From: Bacteroidales bacterium
GTDB taxonomy: Bacteria > Bacteroidota > Bacteroidia > Bacteroidales > G3-4614
Assembly: GCA_015061035.1 (NCBI GenBank)
Contig: SUXK01000005.1
Span: 25,645-89,644 of the forward strand
Direction of reading: 5' to 3'
DNA: 64,000 bases
In this document: piece after piece, positions 37,960-50,421 of the stretch
Numbering within the stretch: the stretch's first letter is position 1
Layout of the letters: each line of letters begins with the position of its first letter
Program-made: the position numbers and the translations under genes
Notes under the pieces: model-generated
Told to the model about the DNA's origin: nothing
The model's database searches: none
Seen by the model: only the letters and a program-made list of their open reading frames with translations

Positions 37960-38343
37960 ATGCCTACAATTCAACAATTAGTAAGAAAAGGAAGGGTAGT
38001 TTTGGAGGATAAAAGTAAATCTCCCGCATTAGATTCATGTCCTCAAAGACGTGGTGTATGTGTGAGAGTTTATACAACAACTCCTAAAAAACCTAACTCT
38101 GCTATGCGTAAAGTGGCTAGGGTTCGTTTAACAAACGGAAAAGAGGTTAACTCTTACATTCCAGGAGAAGGACACAACTTGCAAGAGCACTCTATCGTAA
38201 TGGTACGTGGTGGTCGTGTAAAAGACCTTCCCGGTGTACGTTATCACATTGTACGCGGTACATTAGATACTGCCGGTGTAGCAAACCGTACCCAACGTCG
38301 CTCGAAATACGGAGCAAAACGTCCTAAAGCAGGTAAAAAATAA
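37960..38343 (+). CDS. rpsL: 30S ribosomal protein S12
   Basis: [12 protein letters not shown]...[11 protein letters not shown]. Confidence 0.99.
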   Translation: MPTIQQLVRKGRVVLEDKSKSPALDSCPQRRGVCVRVYTTTPKKPNSAMRKVARVRLTNGKEVNSYIPGEGHNLQEHSIVMVRGGRVKDLPGVRYHIVRGTLDTAGVANRTQRRSKYGAKRPKAGKK

Positions 38344-38511
38344 TTAGTTGCACGCCTGTAAAAACATTGATGCAACGCCAGAGAAATTAAAACTTAGTTG
38401 TAAAACTATTTTCTAGTTTCTTGGATAGGCTGATTCGGTTGAGTAAACGGTATTAGAGAATACTGTTGAAGATGTGAAAAGCAACCAAGAACAAGAACAA
38501 AAAGAATTAAG

Positions 38512-38985
38512 ATGAGAAAAGCAAAACCAAAGAAAAGGGTCGTATTACCAGATCCTATCTTCAGTGATGTAAAGGTTTCAAAATTTGTAAACCACTTGAT
38601 GTATGACGGAAAGAAGAATACCGCATACACTATTTTCTATTCCGCTCTTGATATGGTTAAATCTAAAATGACCACAGAAGAGACAGCCCTCGAAATATGG
38701 AAGAAGGCTTTGGAAAACATTACACCTCAAGTAGAGGTTAAGTCACGTCGCGTGGGAGGAGCAACATTCCAAGTACCTACGGAAATCCGCCCAGACCGCA
38801 AAGAGTCAATCTCGATGAAAAATTTAATATTGTACGCACGTAAACGTGGAGGCAAAACTATGGCAGACAAATTGGCTGCTGAGATAATGGATGCTTATAA
38901 CAACCAAGGTGGTGCGTTTAAACGTAAAGAGGATATGCACAAAATGGCTGAGGCTAACCGTGCGTTTGCTCACTTTAGATTTTAA
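38512..38985 (+). CDS. rpsG: 30S ribosomal protein S7
   Basis: [29 protein letters not shown]. Confidence 0.99.
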   Translation: MRKAKPKKRVVLPDPIFSDVKVSKFVNHLMYDGKKNTAYTIFYSALDMVKSKMTTEETALEIWKKALENITPQVEVKSRRVGGATFQVPTEIRPDRKESISMKNLILYARKRGGKTMADKLAAEIMDAYNNQGGAFKRKEDMHKMAEANRAFAHFRF

Positions 38986-38992
38986 TTGAAAG

Positions 38993-41116
38993 ATGGCAAA
39001 AGGAGACGAATTATTAAAATATACCAGAAACTTAGGTATTATGGCGCACATCGATGCTGGTAAAACTACCACATCGGAGCGTATTCTGTTTTACACCGGT
39101 TTAACACACAAAATTGGTGAGGTACACGATGGTGCAGCCACAATGGACTGGATGGAGCAAGAGCAAGAGCGTGGTATCACTATCACATCTGCTGCTACTA
39201 CAACTTGGTGGAACTACAACAACGAGAAGTATAAAATCAATTTGATTGACACTCCGGGACACGTGGATTTCACAGCAGAGGTAGAACGTTCACTTCGTAT
39301 TTTGGACGGTGCCGTAGCAACATTCTGTGCAGTAGGAGGAGTAGAACCTCAATCTGAGACAGTATGGCGTCAAGCAGACAAATATAACGTTCCCCGTGTA
39401 GGTTACGTTAATAAAATGGACCGTTCAGGTGCAAACTTCTTTGAGGTTGTACGTCAACTTAAAGAGGTATTGGGAGCAAATCCTTGTCCAATCCAAATTC
39501 CTATCGGTGCAGAGGAGAACTTCAAAGGAGTTATCGACTTGGTTCGTATGAAAGCCCTATACTGGCCAAACGAGTCAATGGGTGCTGATTACACAGTAGA
39601 GGAGATACCTGCAGAGTTACAAGCAGAGGCAGATGAGTGGAGAGAGAAACTATTAGAGAGTGTAGCAGACTTTGATGACGCTTTAATGGAGAAATTCTTC
39701 GATGATCCCTCAACTATCACCGAGGAGGAGATAAAAGTAGCAATAAGAAAAGGAACTCTTGCAATGAAGATGGTTCCTATGACTTGCGGTTCATCATTCA
39801 AAAACAAAGGAGTACAAACATTGCTTGATGCAGTATGTGCATACTTGCCAAGTCCAACAGATACACCATCAGTAGTTGGACACGAGGTTGACAACAAAGA
39901 GGTGGAGATTTCTCGTAAACCTTCATCAGGCGAGCCACTATCAGCATTGATATTCAAAATTGCAGTTGACCCATATGTAGGTCGTTTGTGTTTCTTCCGC
40001 GTTTATTCAGGTGACCTTGCAGCAGGTTCATACGTATTGAATACTCGTTCAGGTAAAAAAGAGCGTATATCACGTCTATTCCAAATGCACTCAAGCAAAC
40101 AAAACCCAAAAGAGGTTATCGGATGTGGTGATATAGGTGCAGCAGTAGGTTTGAAAGATGTTCGTACAGGAGATACAATCTGTGCAGAGAACGCTCCAAT
40201 CGTATTGGAGTCAATGGACTTCCCAGAACCAGTTATCGGAATAGCAGTTGAGCCAAAAACTCAAAAAGACTTGGATAAACTTGGTCTTGGACTACAAAAA
40301 CTTGCTGAGGAGGATCCAACATTTACAGTTAAATCAGATGAAGATACAGGTCAAACAATCATCAGCGGAATGGGTGAGCTTCACCTTGAGATTATTATCG
40401 ACCGTCTTCGCCGCGAGTTTAACGTAGAGTGTAACCAAGGACGTCCTCAAGTATCATACAAAGAGGCAATCACACAATCAGTTGAGTTGCGTGAAACTTA
40501 CAAGAAACAAACAGGAGGTCGCGGTAAATATGCCGACATGATTGTACGCGTAGAGCCAGTTGACGCTGATTTCGAAGGAAGTTTGCAATTCGTTGATGAG
40601 GTTAAAGGTGGTAACATTCCAAAAGAGTACATCCCATCAATTCAAAAAGGTTTCACAACTGCTATGAAGAACGGAGTACTTGCAGGATACCAAGTTGACC
40701 AATTGAAAGTAACAGTAATAGACGGATCATATCACCCCGTAGACTCGGATCAATTATCATTCGAGGTTTGTGCAATCCAAGCATTCAAAAAGGCTTGTGA
40801 GAAAGCAGGACCAACACTTCTTGAGCCAATCATGAAGATCGAGGTGGTAACACCCGAGGAGAGCATGGGAGATGTAATCTCAGACCTTAACAAACGCCGT
40901 GGACAAGTAGAGGGAATGGAGTCAAGCCGTAGCGGTGCCCGCATCGTAAAAGCAAAAGCACCCCTTGCAGAGATGTTCGGATATGTAACATCATTGCGTA
41001 CAATCACTTCAGGACGTGCAACATCAACTATGACATTCTCACACTATGCCGAGGTTAGTTCATCAATTGCTAAGAACGTACTAACAGAGGTTAAGGGAAG
41101 AGTAGATTTATTGTAG
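38993..41116 (+). CDS. fusA: Elongation factor G
   Basis: [34 protein letters not shown]. Confidence 0.99.
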   Translation: MAKGDELLKYTRNLGIMAHIDAGKTTTSERILFYTGLTHKIGEVHDGAATMDWMEQEQERGITITSAATTTWWNYNNEKYKINLIDTPGHVDFTAEVERSLRILDGAVATFCAVGGVEPQSETVWRQADKYNVPRVGYVNKMDRSGANFFEVVRQLKEVLGANPCPIQIPIGAEENFKGVIDLVRMKALYWPNESMGADYTVEEIPAELQAEADEWREKLLESVADFDDALMEKFFDDPSTITEEEIKVAIRKGTLAMKMVPMTCGSSFKNKGVQTLLDAVCAYLPSPTDTPSVVGHEVDNKEVEISRKPSSGEPLSALIFKIAVDPYVGRLCFFRVYSGDLAAGSYVLNTRSGKKERISRLFQMHSSKQNPKEVIGCGDIGAAVGLKDVRTGDTICAENAPIVLESMDFPEPVIGIAVEPKTQKDLDKLGLGLQKLAEEDPTFTVKSDEDTGQTIISGMGELHLEIIIDRLRREFNVECNQGRPQVSYKEAITQSVELRETYKKQTGGRGKYADMIVRVEPVDADFEGSLQFVDEVKGGNIPKEYIPSIQKGFTTAMKNGVLAGYQVDQLKVTVIDGSYHPVDSDQLSFEVCAIQAFKKACEKAGPTLLEPIMKIEVVTPEESMGDVISDLNKRRGQVEGMESSRSGARIVKAKAPLAEMFGYVTSLRTITSGRATSTMTFSHYAEVSSSIAKNVLTEVKGRVDLL

Positions 41117-41139
41117 TATTCAAAAATCATAAACGCGAT

Positions 41140-41451
41140 ATGAGTTCAAAAATAAGAATTAAATTAAAATCTTACGATCACACTTTGGTTGATAAATCAG
41201 CTGAGAAGATTGTAAAAACAGTAAAAGCAACAGGCGCAGTTGTAAAAGGTCCTATACCTCTACCAACACGCAAACGTATCTTTACTGTAAACCGTTCAAC
41301 ATTCGTAAATAAAAAATCGCGCGAGCAATTCGAACTTTCATTCTACCGTCGTTTGATAGAGATTGAAATTTTAGATGGTTCGTCAAAAGCAGTAGAGGCA
41401 CTAATGAAATTAGAGTTGCCCAGCGGAGTTGACGTAGAAATAAAATTGTAA
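41140..41451 (+). CDS. rpsJ: 30S ribosomal protein S10
   Basis: [24 protein letters not shown]. Confidence 0.99.
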   Translation: MSSKIRIKLKSYDHTLVDKSAEKIVKTVKATGAVVKGPIPLPTRKRIFTVNRSTFVNKKSREQFELSFYRRLIEIEILDGSSKAVEALMKLELPSGVDVEIKL

Positions 41452-41475
41452 TAAACCAATTAATAACAAAAAGAA

Positions 41476-42093
41476 ATGCCAGGATTATTAGGAAAAAAAA
41501 TCGGAATGACATCCGTATTCAGTGCTGAGGGCGTAAACATGCCATGCACTGTTATCGAAGTAGGTCCTTGCGTAGTTACACAAATCAAAACCGTTGAAAC
41601 AGACGGTTATGCTGCAGTGCAAGTAGGTTTCGAAGACAAAAAAGAGAAACACACTACAAAAGCAGAGATGGGACACTTTAACAAAAGTGGTGTAACACCC
41701 AAGAGACACTTGGCCGAGTTCAAAGGTTTTGAAACAGAGTACAACTTAGGAGATGTAATCTCTGTAGATTTCTTCACAGAGGACGATTATGTTGATGTAA
41801 TCGGAACATCAAAAGGTAAAGGTTACCAAGGTGTAGTAAAACGCCACGGATTTGGTGGAGTTGGACAAACAACACACGGTCAACACAACCGCCTACGTGC
41901 TCCCGGATCAATAGGTGCATGTTCATACCCTGCACGTGTATTCAAAGGAACTCGCATGGCCGGACAAACAGGTAACGCAAGAGTAACTGTACAAAACTTG
42001 CAAGTGATTAAAGTTATACCCGAGCATAACCTTTTATTAGTAAAAGGATCTATCCCCGGAAGTAAAGGTTCAATCGTAATAATAGAGAAGTAA
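41476..42093 (+). CDS. rplC: 50S ribosomal protein L3
   Basis: [25 protein letters not shown]. Confidence 0.99.
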   Translation: MPGLLGKKIGMTSVFSAEGVNMPCTVIEVGPCVVTQIKTVETDGYAAVQVGFEDKKEKHTTKAEMGHFNKSGVTPKRHLAEFKGFETEYNLGDVISVDFFTEDDYVDVIGTSKGKGYQGVVKRHGFGGVGQTTHGQHNRLRAPGSIGACSYPARVFKGTRMAGQTGNARVTVQNLQVIKVIPEHNLLLVKGSIPGSKGSIVIIEK

Positions 42094-42095
42094 TC

Positions 42096-42716
42096 ATGGA
42101 ACTTAGTGTATTAAACATCAAAGGCGAGGATACCGGTAAAAAAGTTACGTTGAACGATACAGTATTCGGTATAGAGCCAAACGAGCACGCAATCTATCTT
42201 GATGTAAAGCAATTCATGGCAAACAACCGCCAAGGAACACACAAATCAAAAGAGAGAAGCGAAGTATCAGGAAGTACTCGTAAACTAAAAAGACAAAAAG
42301 GAACAGGTGGAGCACGTAGTGGAGATATCAACTCACCAGTTATGGTAGGAGGAGGACGCGTATTTGGTCCAGTACCTCGCGATTACAGCTTCAAACTAAA
42401 CAAAAAAGTTAAAGCATTAGCACGCAAATCTGCGTTAAGTTGCAAATTAACAGAAAATGCTATAGTAGTAGTTGAAGATTTCTCATTTGAGGCACCAAAA
42501 ACTAAACAATTTATAGAATTTACAAAAAATTTGCAAGTTGCTGATAAAAAGTTACTTTTAGTTTTATCAGATCAAAATAAAAACGTATATTTGTCAGCTA
42601 GAAATCTTCCAAAGGCTAAAGTTATAACTGTTTCTGAATTAAACACTTACAAAATTCTCGATTGCGAGACTTTAGTAATGTTTGAGAGTTCAGTAGCATT
42701 AATTAATGAATTTTAA
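42096..42716 (+). CDS. rplD: 50S ribosomal protein L4
   Basis: [22 protein letters not shown]. Confidence 0.99.
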   Translation: MELSVLNIKGEDTGKKVTLNDTVFGIEPNEHAIYLDVKQFMANNRQGTHKSKERSEVSGSTRKLKRQKGTGGARSGDINSPVMVGGGRVFGPVPRDYSFKLNKKVKALARKSALSCKLTENAIVVVEDFSFEAPKTKQFIEFTKNLQVADKKLLLVLSDQNKNVYLSARNLPKAKVITVSELNTYKILDCETLVMFESSVALINEF

Positions 42717-42733
42717 TAGAAGGAGGCACGAAA

Positions 42734-43024
42734 ATGGCAATAATAATTAAACCGATAGTAACGGAAAAAATGACCAGCATTTCGGAGAAATACAACCGTT
42801 TTGGATTTCGTGTAAGTCCCGATGCTAACAAATCACAGATTAAAAAAGCTGTGGAAGAGATGTACAATGTAACAGTTGTTTCGGTAAACACAATGAACTA
42901 TAAAGGCAAAAACAAAAGCCGTTATACAAAATCAGGACTTATCGAAGGAAAAACTGCTTCATACAAAAAAGCATTAGTTACATTGAAAGAAGGAGATACA
43001 ATAGATTTTTTTAGCAATATTTAA
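42734..43024 (+). CDS. rplW: 50S ribosomal protein L23
   Basis: [28 protein letters not shown]. Confidence 0.99.
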   Translation: MAIIIKPIVTEKMTSISEKYNRFGFRVSPDANKSQIKKAVEEMYNVTVVSVNTMNYKGKNKSRYTKSGLIEGKTASYKKALVTLKEGDTIDFFSNI

Positions 43025-43032
43025 TTAAACAA

Positions 43033-43857
43033 ATGGCAGTACGTAAATTGAAGCCCACAACACCGGGGCAAAGACACAAGATTATTGGTGCGTTTGATAA
43101 AATCACTGCTACCGCACCAGAAAAATCACTTGTAGTCGGTAAAAAAAGTACTGGTGGACGCAACAACGAAGGACATCTAACGATGCGTTACATCGGAGGC
43201 GGACACAAACGCAAGTACAGACTTATCGATTTCAAGAGAAATAAAGACGGTGTACCAGCAACAGTAAAGACAATCGAGTATGACCCAAACCGTTCATCTC
43301 GCATTGCACTTCTTTATTATGTTGATGGCGAGAAGCGCTATATAATTGCGCCCAATGGTCTTGAAGTAGGAATGACAGTAATGTCAGGAGAGAAAGCAGC
43401 ACCTGAAGTAGGAAACGCACTATTCCTTTCTGATATACCAGTCGGAACAGTAATTCACAACATTGAGTTGCGTCCTGGACAAGGAGCAGCGTTGGTACGT
43501 TCGGCAGGAGTATTTGCACAATTAACTTCGAGAGAAGGAAAATATGCAATTATCAAATTGCCTTCAGGAGAGACACGTAAGATTCTTTCAGCATGTAAAG
43601 CAACTATCGGAACAGTAGGAAACTCAGACCACGCACTTGAGCAATCAGGAAAAGCAGGTCGTTCACGTTGGTTAGGACGTCGTCCTCGTAACCGTGGTGT
43701 TGTTATGAACCCCGTTGATCACCCAATGGGTGGAGGTGAAGGACGTGCATCAGGAGGACATCCTCGTTCACGTAAAGGTCTTTACGCAAAAGGTCTTAAA
43801 ACAAGAGCTCCTAAAAAGGCTTCTTCACAATATATTATAGAAAGAAGAAAGAAATAA
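43033..43857 (+). CDS. rplB: 50S ribosomal protein L2
   Basis: [24 protein letters not shown]. Confidence 0.99.
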   Translation: MAVRKLKPTTPGQRHKIIGAFDKITATAPEKSLVVGKKSTGGRNNEGHLTMRYIGGGHKRKYRLIDFKRNKDGVPATVKTIEYDPNRSSRIALLYYVDGEKRYIIAPNGLEVGMTVMSGEKAAPEVGNALFLSDIPVGTVIHNIELRPGQGAALVRSAGVFAQLTSREGKYAIIKLPSGETRKILSACKATIGTVGNSDHALEQSGKAGRSRWLGRRPRNRGVVMNPVDHPMGGGEGRASGGHPRSRKGLYAKGLKTRAPKKASSQYIIERRKK

Positions 43858-43880
43858 TTTGATTTGAATAATTAATAACT

Positions 43881-44147
43881 ATGAGTCGTTCATTAAAAAA
43901 AGGACCATTTATCAGTGTGAAACTTCAAAAGAAAGTTGACGCAATGGAGGCTACCGGTAAAAAATCGGTAATCAAAACTTGGTCACGTGCATCTATGATT
44001 TCTCCCGATTTCGTAGGACACACTTTCGCCGTTCACAATGGTAATAAGTTTATTCCCGTATATGTAACAGAGAACATGGTAGGACACAAACTTGGAGAAT
44101 TTGCTCCAACTCGTATCTTCCGTGGACACGGAGGTAACAAAAAATAA
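43881..44147 (+). CDS. rpsS: 30S ribosomal protein S19
   Basis: [23 protein letters not shown]. Confidence 0.99.
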   Translation: MSRSLKKGPFISVKLQKKVDAMEATGKKSVIKTWSRASMISPDFVGHTFAVHNGNKFIPVYVTENMVGHKLGEFAPTRIFRGHGGNKK

Positions 44148-44199
44148 TTAAACCTCCTTGGGAATTTTAAAAACTAATAAAGTAAAAAAGAAAAATAAC

Positions 44200-44610
44200 A
44201 TGGGTGCAAGAAAAAGAGAATCAGCCGAAAAAAGAAAAGAGGCCTTGAAAGAGAAGAGCTTCGCTAAGCTGAACAATGTACCAACCTCACCCCGTAAAAT
44301 GCGTTTAGTAGCAGATATGGTAAGAGGAATGGAAGTGTTCAGAGCACTTGGCGTACTAAAATTCTCTACAAAAGAGGCATCGGCAAGATTAGAAAAATTG
44401 TTGCGTTCAGCAATTGCCAACTGGGAACAGAAAAACGAACGCAAAGCCGAGAGCGGCGAACTATACATATCAGAGATCTTTGTAGATGGAGCTGCTATGT
44501 TGAAACGCCTACGTCCGGCACCACAAGGTCGCGGATACAGAATCCGTAAACGTTCAAACCACGTAACCTTGTTTGTTGATACAATAACTAAAAACGAAAA
44601 TCAAGATTAA
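44200..44610 (+). CDS. rplV: 50S ribosomal protein L22
   Basis: MGARKR start (ATG 44200), [27 protein letters not shown]. Confidence 0.98.
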   Translation: MGARKRESAEKRKEALKEKSFAKLNNVPTSPRKMRLVADMVRGMEVFRALGVLKFSTKEASARLEKLLRSAIANWEQKNERKAESGELYISEIFVDGAAMLKRLRPAPQGRGYRIRKRSNHVTLFVDTITKNENQD

Positions 44611-44616
44611 TAAGAG

Positions 44617-45351
44617 ATGGGACAAAAAGTAAATCCGATAAGCAACCGATTAGGAATCATCAGAGGCTGGGATTCTAACTGGTACGGCGGCGATAAGTAC
44701 GGAGACAAGTTATATGAAGACAGTAAAATCCGTAAATATCTAAATGCCCGTCTTTCAAAAGCAAGTGGAGTATCACGCATCATCATAGAGCGTACTCTAA
44801 AACTAATAATTATAACTATTTGCACATCACGTCCTGGTATGGTTATCGGCAAAGGTGGACAAGAGGTTGATAAACTTAAAGAAGAGTTAAAGAAAATCAC
44901 CGACAAGTCTGACAAAGATATCCAAATCAATATCTACGAGATAAAGAAACCAGAACTTGACGCCGTTATTGTTGCTAATAGCATTGCTCGTCAGCTTGAA
45001 GGAAAGATGGCTTACCGTCGTGCAATCAAAACTGCGATATCAAACACAATGCGTGCTGGAGCAGAGGGAATCAAAATCCAAATTTCAGGACGTCTAAACG
45101 GAGCAGAGATGGCGCGTTCAGAAATGTATAAAGAAGGACGTACACCTCTACACACATTACGTGCAGACATTGATTACTCTTTAGCAGAGGCACTAACAAA
45201 AGTTGGTTTGTTAGGAATCAAAGTATGGATTTGTCGTGGTGAAGTTTATGGTAAGAGAGATCTTGCTCCTTCATTTACAGCACAAAAAGAGACACGTGGC
45301 GCAGCCGCAGGTCAAGGAGCTAAAAAAGGCTTCAAGAGAAACAAAAAGTAA
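44617..45351 (+). CDS. rpsC: 30S ribosomal protein S3
   Basis: [29 protein letters not shown]. Confidence 0.99.
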   Translation: MGQKVNPISNRLGIIRGWDSNWYGGDKYGDKLYEDSKIRKYLNARLSKASGVSRIIIERTLKLIIITICTSRPGMVIGKGGQEVDKLKEELKKITDKSDKDIQINIYEIKKPELDAVIVANSIARQLEGKMAYRRAIKTAISNTMRAGAEGIKIQISGRLNGAEMARSEMYKEGRTPLHTLRADIDYSLAEALTKVGLLGIKVWICRGEVYGKRDLAPSFTAQKETRGAAAGQGAKKGFKRNKK

Positions 45352-45374
45352 TTAACACAAAGAACTGACAGAAA

Positions 45375-45806
45375 ATGTTACAACCGAGAAAAACAAAATT
45401 CAGAAGGCAGCAAAAGGGTCGCATGAAAGGTGTGGCTCAACGCGGCAACGAGTTGGCATTTGGCTCTTTTGGTATCAAGTGTTTGCAATCAAAGTGGATT
45501 ACAGGTCGCCAAATTGAGGCTGCCCGTATTGCCGTTACCCGCTATATGCAACGTCAAGGACAAGTTTGGATCAGAATTTTCCCTGACAAACCAATTACTA
45601 AAAAGCCTGCCGAAGTACGTATGGGTAAAGGAAAAGGATCACCCGAAGGATTCGTAGCACCTGTAACTCCAGGAAGAATCCTAATAGAGATAGATGGCGT
45701 ATCTTTAGAGGTGGCAAAAGAAGCATTGCGTTTAGGAGCGCAAAAACTTCCCGTTACCACAAAATTAATAATCCGTCGTGATTACGACGAAACTCAAAAC
45801 GCATAA
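45375..45806 (+). CDS. rplP: 50S ribosomal protein L16
   Basis: [24 protein letters not shown]. Confidence 0.99.
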   Translation: MLQPRKTKFRRQQKGRMKGVAQRGNELAFGSFGIKCLQSKWITGRQIEAARIAVTRYMQRQGQVWIRIFPDKPITKKPAEVRMGKGKGSPEGFVAPVTPGRILIEIDGVSLEVAKEALRLGAQKLPVTTKLIIRRDYDETQNA

Positions 45807-45818
45807 GGAGGATAAAAA

Positions 45819-46013
45819 ATGAAGATAGCAGAAATAAAAGAACTTCAAACAAAGGAGTTGGTTGAGAGAATTGAAGCACAAGAAATAGCTCTTAACCGTA
45901 TGGTTATCAATCATAGTATCTCTCCTCTTGACAATCCTTCGCAAATTAAACAATTGCGTCGTGAGATTGCGCGTATGAAGGGTGAATTAAATCAAAGAGA
46001 TCTAAACGCATAA
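45819..46013 (+). CDS. rpmC: 50S ribosomal protein L29
   Basis: LDNPSQIKQLRREIARM; position in S10 operon. Confidence 0.98.
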   Translation: MKIAEIKELQTKELVERIEAQEIALNRMVINHSISPLDNPSQIKQLRREIARMKGELNQRDLNA

Positions 46014-46026
46014 TCAATAACGCCGA

Positions 46027-46284
46027 ATGGAAACAAGAAACTTTAGAAAAGAGAGAGTAGGGGTTGTTACCAGTAACAAGATGGATAAAACTATCACAGT
46101 AACGGTAAAATGGAAAGAGAAACACCCCATATATGGTAAATTCGTAAACAAAACGAAAAAATACCATGCTCACGATGAGAAAAACGAGTGCGGTATTGGT
46201 GATACCGTTAGATTGATGGAAACTCGTCCTTTGAGCAAAATGAAAAGATGGAGAGTAGTTGAAATCGTAGAAAAAGCAAAATAA
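46027..46284 (+). CDS. rpsQ: 30S ribosomal protein S17
   Basis: [21 protein letters not shown]. Confidence 0.99.
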   Translation: METRNFRKERVGVVTSNKMDKTITVTVKWKEKHPIYGKFVNKTKKYHAHDEKNECGIGDTVRLMETRPLSKMKRWRVVEIVEKAK

Positions 46285-46288
46285 TATT

Positions 46289-46654
46289 ATGATACAACAA
46301 GAGTCAAGACTAACTGTCGCTGATAATAGCGGCGCAAAAGAGGCACTTTGTATCCGTGTACTTGGTGGAACCGGAAGACGCTATGCAAGCGTAGGCGATA
46401 TTATCGTTGTTGCTGTAAAAGGCGTGGTTCCTTCAAGTGATATGAAAAAAGGTGCAGTGTCAAAAGCTGTTGTCGTACGCACTAAAAAAGAGATACGTCG
46501 TGCAGATGGATCTTACATACGTTTCGACGACAACGCATGTGTATTATTAAACGGAGCAGGTGAAATTAGAGGTAGCCGTATATTCGGTCCTGTTGCTCGT
46601 GAGTTACGTGCAACTAACATGAAAATAGTTTCACTAGCACCTGAAGTACTTTAA
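46289..46654 (+). CDS. rplN: 50S ribosomal protein L14
   Basis: [24 protein letters not shown]. Confidence 0.99.
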   Translation: MIQQESRLTVADNSGAKEALCIRVLGGTGRRYASVGDIIVVAVKGVVPSSDMKKGAVSKAVVVRTKKEIRRADGSYIRFDDNACVLLNGAGEIRGSRIFGPVARELRATNMKIVSLAPEVL

Positions 46655-46673
46655 TAAATAAAAAAGTAGATTA

Positions 46674-46994
46674 ATGAGTAAGTTACACATTAAAAAAGGA
46701 GATACCGTTTACGTAAACGCCGGAGAGGACAAAGGAAAAACCGGGCGTGTGCTTAAAGTCTTAGTAAAAGACAACAAAGCAATCGTAGAGGGTGTAAATA
46801 TGGTGTCAAAACACACCAAACCCAATGCAAAAGCACCACAAGGCGGCATTGTAAAAAAAGAGGCTCCAATACATTTATCAAACCTTAACGTGTTAGATCC
46901 AAAAACAAAAACTCCAACACGTATTGGTCGTAAAATGAATGAAGAGGGCAAATTAGTACGTTATTCTAAAAAATCAGGAGAGGAGATTAAATAA
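46674..46994 (+). CDS. rplX: 50S ribosomal protein L24
   Basis: [19 protein letters not shown] motif, EAPIHLSN. Confidence 0.99.
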   Translation: MSKLHIKKGDTVYVNAGEDKGKTGRVLKVLVKDNKAIVEGVNMVSKHTKPNAKAPQGGIVKKEAPIHLSNLNVLDPKTKTPTRIGRKMNEEGKLVRYSKKSGEEIK

Positions 46995-46995
46995 A

Positions 46996-47547
46996 ATGGC
47001 AGCAAATCTCAAAAAAGAATACCAAGAGAGAATCGTCCCCGCTTTGATGAAAGAGTTTGGCTACACTACAGTGATGCAAGTACCAGTTTTGAAAAAAATA
47101 GTACTTAATCAAGGTTTAGGAGATGCAACTCAAGATAAAAAAATCATCGACACAGCGTTGGCAGAGCTAACAGCAATTGCAGGACAACAAGCTGTAGCAA
47201 CACTCTCACGTAAAGACATTTCAAACTTCAAGGTACGTAAAAAAATGCCTATCGGAGTTTCAGTAACTTTGCGTCGTGAGAAAATGTATGAGTTCCTTGA
47301 GCGTTTGGTACGCGTAGCATTACCCCGTATCCGTGACTTCAAAGGAATTGAAAGCAAATTAGATGGTAGAGGAAACTACACACTCGGAATTCAAGAGCAA
47401 ATCATTTTCCCCGAGATCAACATTGACTCTATCAACAAAATCAACGGAATGAATATCACATTCGTTACAAGTGCAAACACTGACGAAGAGGGATATGCAT
47501 TATTAAAAGAGTTTGGATTACCTTTTAAAAACATCAAAAAGAGCTAA
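46996..47547 (+). CDS. rplE: 50S ribosomal protein L5
   Basis: [25 protein letters not shown]. Confidence 0.99.
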   Translation: MAANLKKEYQERIVPALMKEFGYTTVMQVPVLKKIVLNQGLGDATQDKKIIDTALAELTAIAGQQAVATLSRKDISNFKVRKKMPIGVSVTLRREKMYEFLERLVRVALPRIRDFKGIESKLDGRGNYTLGIQEQIIFPEINIDSINKINGMNITFVTSANTDEEGYALLKEFGLPFKNIKKS

Positions 47548-47550
47548 ACT

Positions 47551-47820
47551 ATGGCAAAAGAATCAATGAAAGCTCGTGAGGTAAAAAGAGCAAAATTAGT
47601 TGCAAAATACGCTGCTAAAAAAGCACAACTTAAAGCAGAAGGCAACTATGAGGCTCTTCAATTAATCCCTCGTAATGCCTCAAGTGTAAGACTACACAAC
47701 CGTTGCAAATTGACAGGACGTCCAAAAGGATATATGCGTCAATTCGGTATTTCACGTATTCAATTCCGTGAAATGGCATCTCAAGGATTAATCCCAGGAG
47801 TAAAAAAAGCAAGTTGGTAG
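47551..47820 (+). CDS. rpsN: 30S ribosomal protein S14 (89-aa zinc-independent type)
   Basis: [30 protein letters not shown]. Confidence 0.99.
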   Translation: MAKESMKAREVKRAKLVAKYAAKKAQLKAEGNYEALQLIPRNASSVRLHNRCKLTGRPKGYMRQFGISRIQFREMASQGLIPGVKKASW

Positions 47821-47895
47821 AAACTTGAAAAAAGAAAATAAAGAGAGAGTTAAATATTGTTCGGGTAGTCCGAATCAATTTAAAATTTATTTAAT

Positions 47896-48291
47896 ATGAC
47901 AGATCCAATAGCAGATTATCTTACAAGGTTAAGAAATGCAATCAAAGCTCAACACAATGTAGTTGAGGTTCCTGCATCAAACCTTAAAAAAGAGATCACA
48001 AAAATCCTTTTTGACAAAGGTTACATACTTAACTATAAGTTTGTAGAAGAGGGTCCTCAAGGAACAATCAAAATAGCCTTGAAATACGATCCCGTGAATA
48101 AAGTAAATGCAATCAAAAAGTTGGAGAGAGTATCTTCACCAGGTTTGCGTAAATACGCTGGACACAAAGAGTTACCACGCGTTCTTAACGGTTTGGGAAT
48201 AGCAATTATTTCAACTTCAAAAGGAGTTATGACCGACAAAGAGGCACGTAACTTAAATGTTGGCGGAGAAGTGTTGTGTTACGTATATTAA
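47896..48291 (+). CDS. rpsH: 30S ribosomal protein S8
   Basis: [24 protein letters not shown]. Confidence 0.99.
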   Translation: MTDPIADYLTRLRNAIKAQHNVVEVPASNLKKEITKILFDKGYILNYKFVEEGPQGTIKIALKYDPVNKVNAIKKLERVSSPGLRKYAGHKELPRVLNGLGIAIISTSKGVMTDKEARNLNVGGEVLCYVY

Positions 48292-48308
48292 AAAAGAGGA
48301 GGTAAATT

Positions 48309-48863
48309 ATGTCAAGAATTGGAAAATTGCCTATCGCTATCCCCGCAGGCGTAACAGTAACAGTTAAAGATAACGAAGTATCGGTAAAAGGACCAAAAGG
48401 GGAAATGGTTCAAACCATTACTGGAGGAATAGCAGTAAACGTAGAGGACGGACAATTAACAGTAACACGTCCAGATGATACAAAAGCATCACGTTCATTG
48501 CATGGATTATATCGTGCCCTTATCAACAACATGGTAATAGGAGTATCGGCAGGATATAAAAAAGAGTTGGAACTAGTAGGTGTAGGATACCGTGCAGAGA
48601 ATAATGGTCAAGTACTAAAATTATCACTCGGTTTCTCACACGATATATATGTAAAATTACCCAAAGAGGTAAAACTCGAAACAAAAAGTGAGAGAAATAA
48701 AAACCCACTTATCACGTTAGAGTCATGCGACAAAGAGTTACTCGGACTAATATGTGCTAAAATCCGCACATTCCGCAAACCAGAGCCTTACAAAGGAAAA
48801 GGTATTAAGTTTGTTGGCGAGTATATTCGTAGAAAATCAGGTAAATCGGCTGGTGCCAAATAA
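48309..48863 (+). CDS. rplF: 50S ribosomal protein L6
   Basis: MSRIGKLPI, RKPEPYKGKGI. Confidence 0.99.
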   Translation: MSRIGKLPIAIPAGVTVTVKDNEVSVKGPKGEMVQTITGGIAVNVEDGQLTVTRPDDTKASRSLHGLYRALINNMVIGVSAGYKKELELVGVGYRAENNGQVLKLSLGFSHDIYVKLPKEVKLETKSERNKNPLITLESCDKELLGLICAKIRTFRKPEPYKGKGIKFVGEYIRRKSGKSAGAK

Positions 48864-48885
48864 TTCACGTTAAAAGGTAAACATC

Positions 48886-49224
48886 ATGAATAAGATAGAA
48901 AGAAGAATAAAGATCAAAACCCGCATACGTGGTAAAATTTCAGGAACAGCAGAAGCACCTCGTATGACAGTGTTCCGTAGCAACAAACAAATCTACGTAC
49001 AAATCATTGATGACTTGGCAGGAAAAACATTAGCAAGTGCATCATCAAAAGGTTTGGCTGACGGAGATAACAAAGCTGCAGCAGCACAAGTAGGAGAATT
49101 AATAGCAAAAAAGGCACAAGAGGCAGGAATTACAACAGTAGTATTCGACCGTAACGGTTACCTCTATCATGGCCGAGTAAAAGAGCTTGCAGAAGCAGCT
49201 CGTAAGGGTGGACTTAAATTTTAA
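48886..49224 (+). CDS. rplR: 50S ribosomal protein L18
   Basis: [23 protein letters not shown]. Confidence 0.99.
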   Translation: MNKIERRIKIKTRIRGKISGTAEAPRMTVFRSNKQIYVQIIDDLAGKTLASASSKGLADGDNKAAAAQVGELIAKKAQEAGITTVVFDRNGYLYHGRVKELAEAARKGGLKF

Positions 49225-49230
49225 ACGACA

Positions 49231-49749
49231 ATGGCAGTAAAATATAACAGAGTAAAGTCAACTAACGACTTGGAATTAAAAGACAGATTGGTACACATCA
49301 ATCGTGTAACAAAAGTTACAAAAGGAGGTCGTACATTCAGCTTTTCAGCCATCGTAGTAGTAGGTGACGGCAAAGGAATCGTTGGTTACGGATTAGGAAA
49401 AGCCAGCGAGGTAACAGCTGCTATTGCAAAAGGCGTTGAGTCAGCAAAGAAAAACCTTATCAAAGTACCAGTATATAAAGGAACAATTCCTCACGAGCAA
49501 TTAGCAAAATTCGGAGGAGCGCAAGTACTAATCAAACCAGCATCACACGGTACCGGAGTAAAAGCAGGAGGTGCGATGCGTGCTGTATTAGAGAGCGTTG
49601 GAGTAACTGACGTATTGGCAAAATCAAAAGGTTCTTCAAACCCTCACAACTTAGTAAAAGCTACATTTGTAGCGTTAGCAGAGTTGCGTGATGCAGCAAT
49701 GGTAGCACGTAACCGTGGAGTATCAGTAGAAAAAGTATTTAAAGGTTAA
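49231..49749 (+). CDS. rpsE: 30S ribosomal protein S5
   Basis: [25 protein letters not shown]. Confidence 0.99.
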   Translation: MAVKYNRVKSTNDLELKDRLVHINRVTKVTKGGRTFSFSAIVVVGDGKGIVGYGLGKASEVTAAIAKGVESAKKNLIKVPVYKGTIPHEQLAKFGGAQVLIKPASHGTGVKAGGAMRAVLESVGVTDVLAKSKGSSNPHNLVKATFVALAELRDAAMVARNRGVSVEKVFKG

Positions 49750-49764
49750 TAAAGGAACAGAGAG

Positions 49765-49938
49765 ATGAAAACAATAAAAATAACACAAGTAAAAAGTAAA
49801 ATCAAATGTCCCGCTGTCCAAAAGAAAACCCTTGAAGCTTTAGGATTGCGTAAACTAAACCAAACAGTTGAGCATGCAGCCACTCCTCAAATCTTAGGAA
49901 TGGTAGAGAAAGTAAAACACTTGGTAGTAGTTGAATAA
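49765..49938 (+). CDS. rpmD: 50S ribosomal protein L30 (not in the ORF track, 57 aa)
   Basis: Manual translation MKTIKITQVKSKIKCPAVQKKTLEALGLRKLNQTVEHAATPQILGMVEKVKHLVVVE. Confidence 0.97.
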   Translation: MKTIKITQVKSKIKCPAVQKKTLEALGLRKLNQTVEHAATPQILGMVEKVKHLVVVE

Positions 49939-49969
49939 TTTGTTTTTTGAACAAGAAAAAATTTAAGAT

Positions 49970-50416
49970 ATGAATTTAAGTAATTTAAAACCTGCTGCAG
50001 GTTCTACAAAAAGCCGTAAAAGAATTGGTCGCGGACCAGGTTCAGGAATGGGTGGAACTTCAACAAGAGGACACAAAGGAGCGAAACAACGTTCTGGATA
50101 CAGCAGAAAATTAGGATTTGAGGGAGGTCAAATGCCCCTTCAACGTCGTTTGCCTAAATTTGGATTTAAAAATCCTAACCACGTAGAGTACAAAGCAATC
50201 AATCTAACAACAATCCAAACATTAGCTGAGGCTAAAGGATTGGATAAAATTGATGTAAATACTTTAGTAGAGGCAGGATTTGTTGCTAAAAACCAAATGG
50301 TTAAAATCTTAGGTGGCGGAACAATCACTGCAAAATTAGAGGTAGCAGCAAACGCATTTTCAAAATCAGCGGAAGCAGCAATCACTGCAGTTGGAGGCAC
50401 AATCGTTAAACTCTAA
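49970..50416 (+). CDS. rplO: 50S ribosomal protein L15
   Basis: RIGRGPGSG, GFEGGQMPLQRRLPKFGF. Confidence 0.99.
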   Translation: MNLSNLKPAAGSTKSRKRIGRGPGSGMGGTSTRGHKGAKQRSGYSRKLGFEGGQMPLQRRLPKFGFKNPNHVEYKAINLTTIQTLAEAKGLDKIDVNTLVEAGFVAKNQMVKILGGGTITAKLEVAANAFSKSAEAAITAVGGTIVKL

Positions 50417-50421
50417 TCAAT

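Noticed and set aside
41116-41140. No tuf gene after fusA
   Set aside because: fusA followed directly by rpsJ is the normal Bacteroidota order
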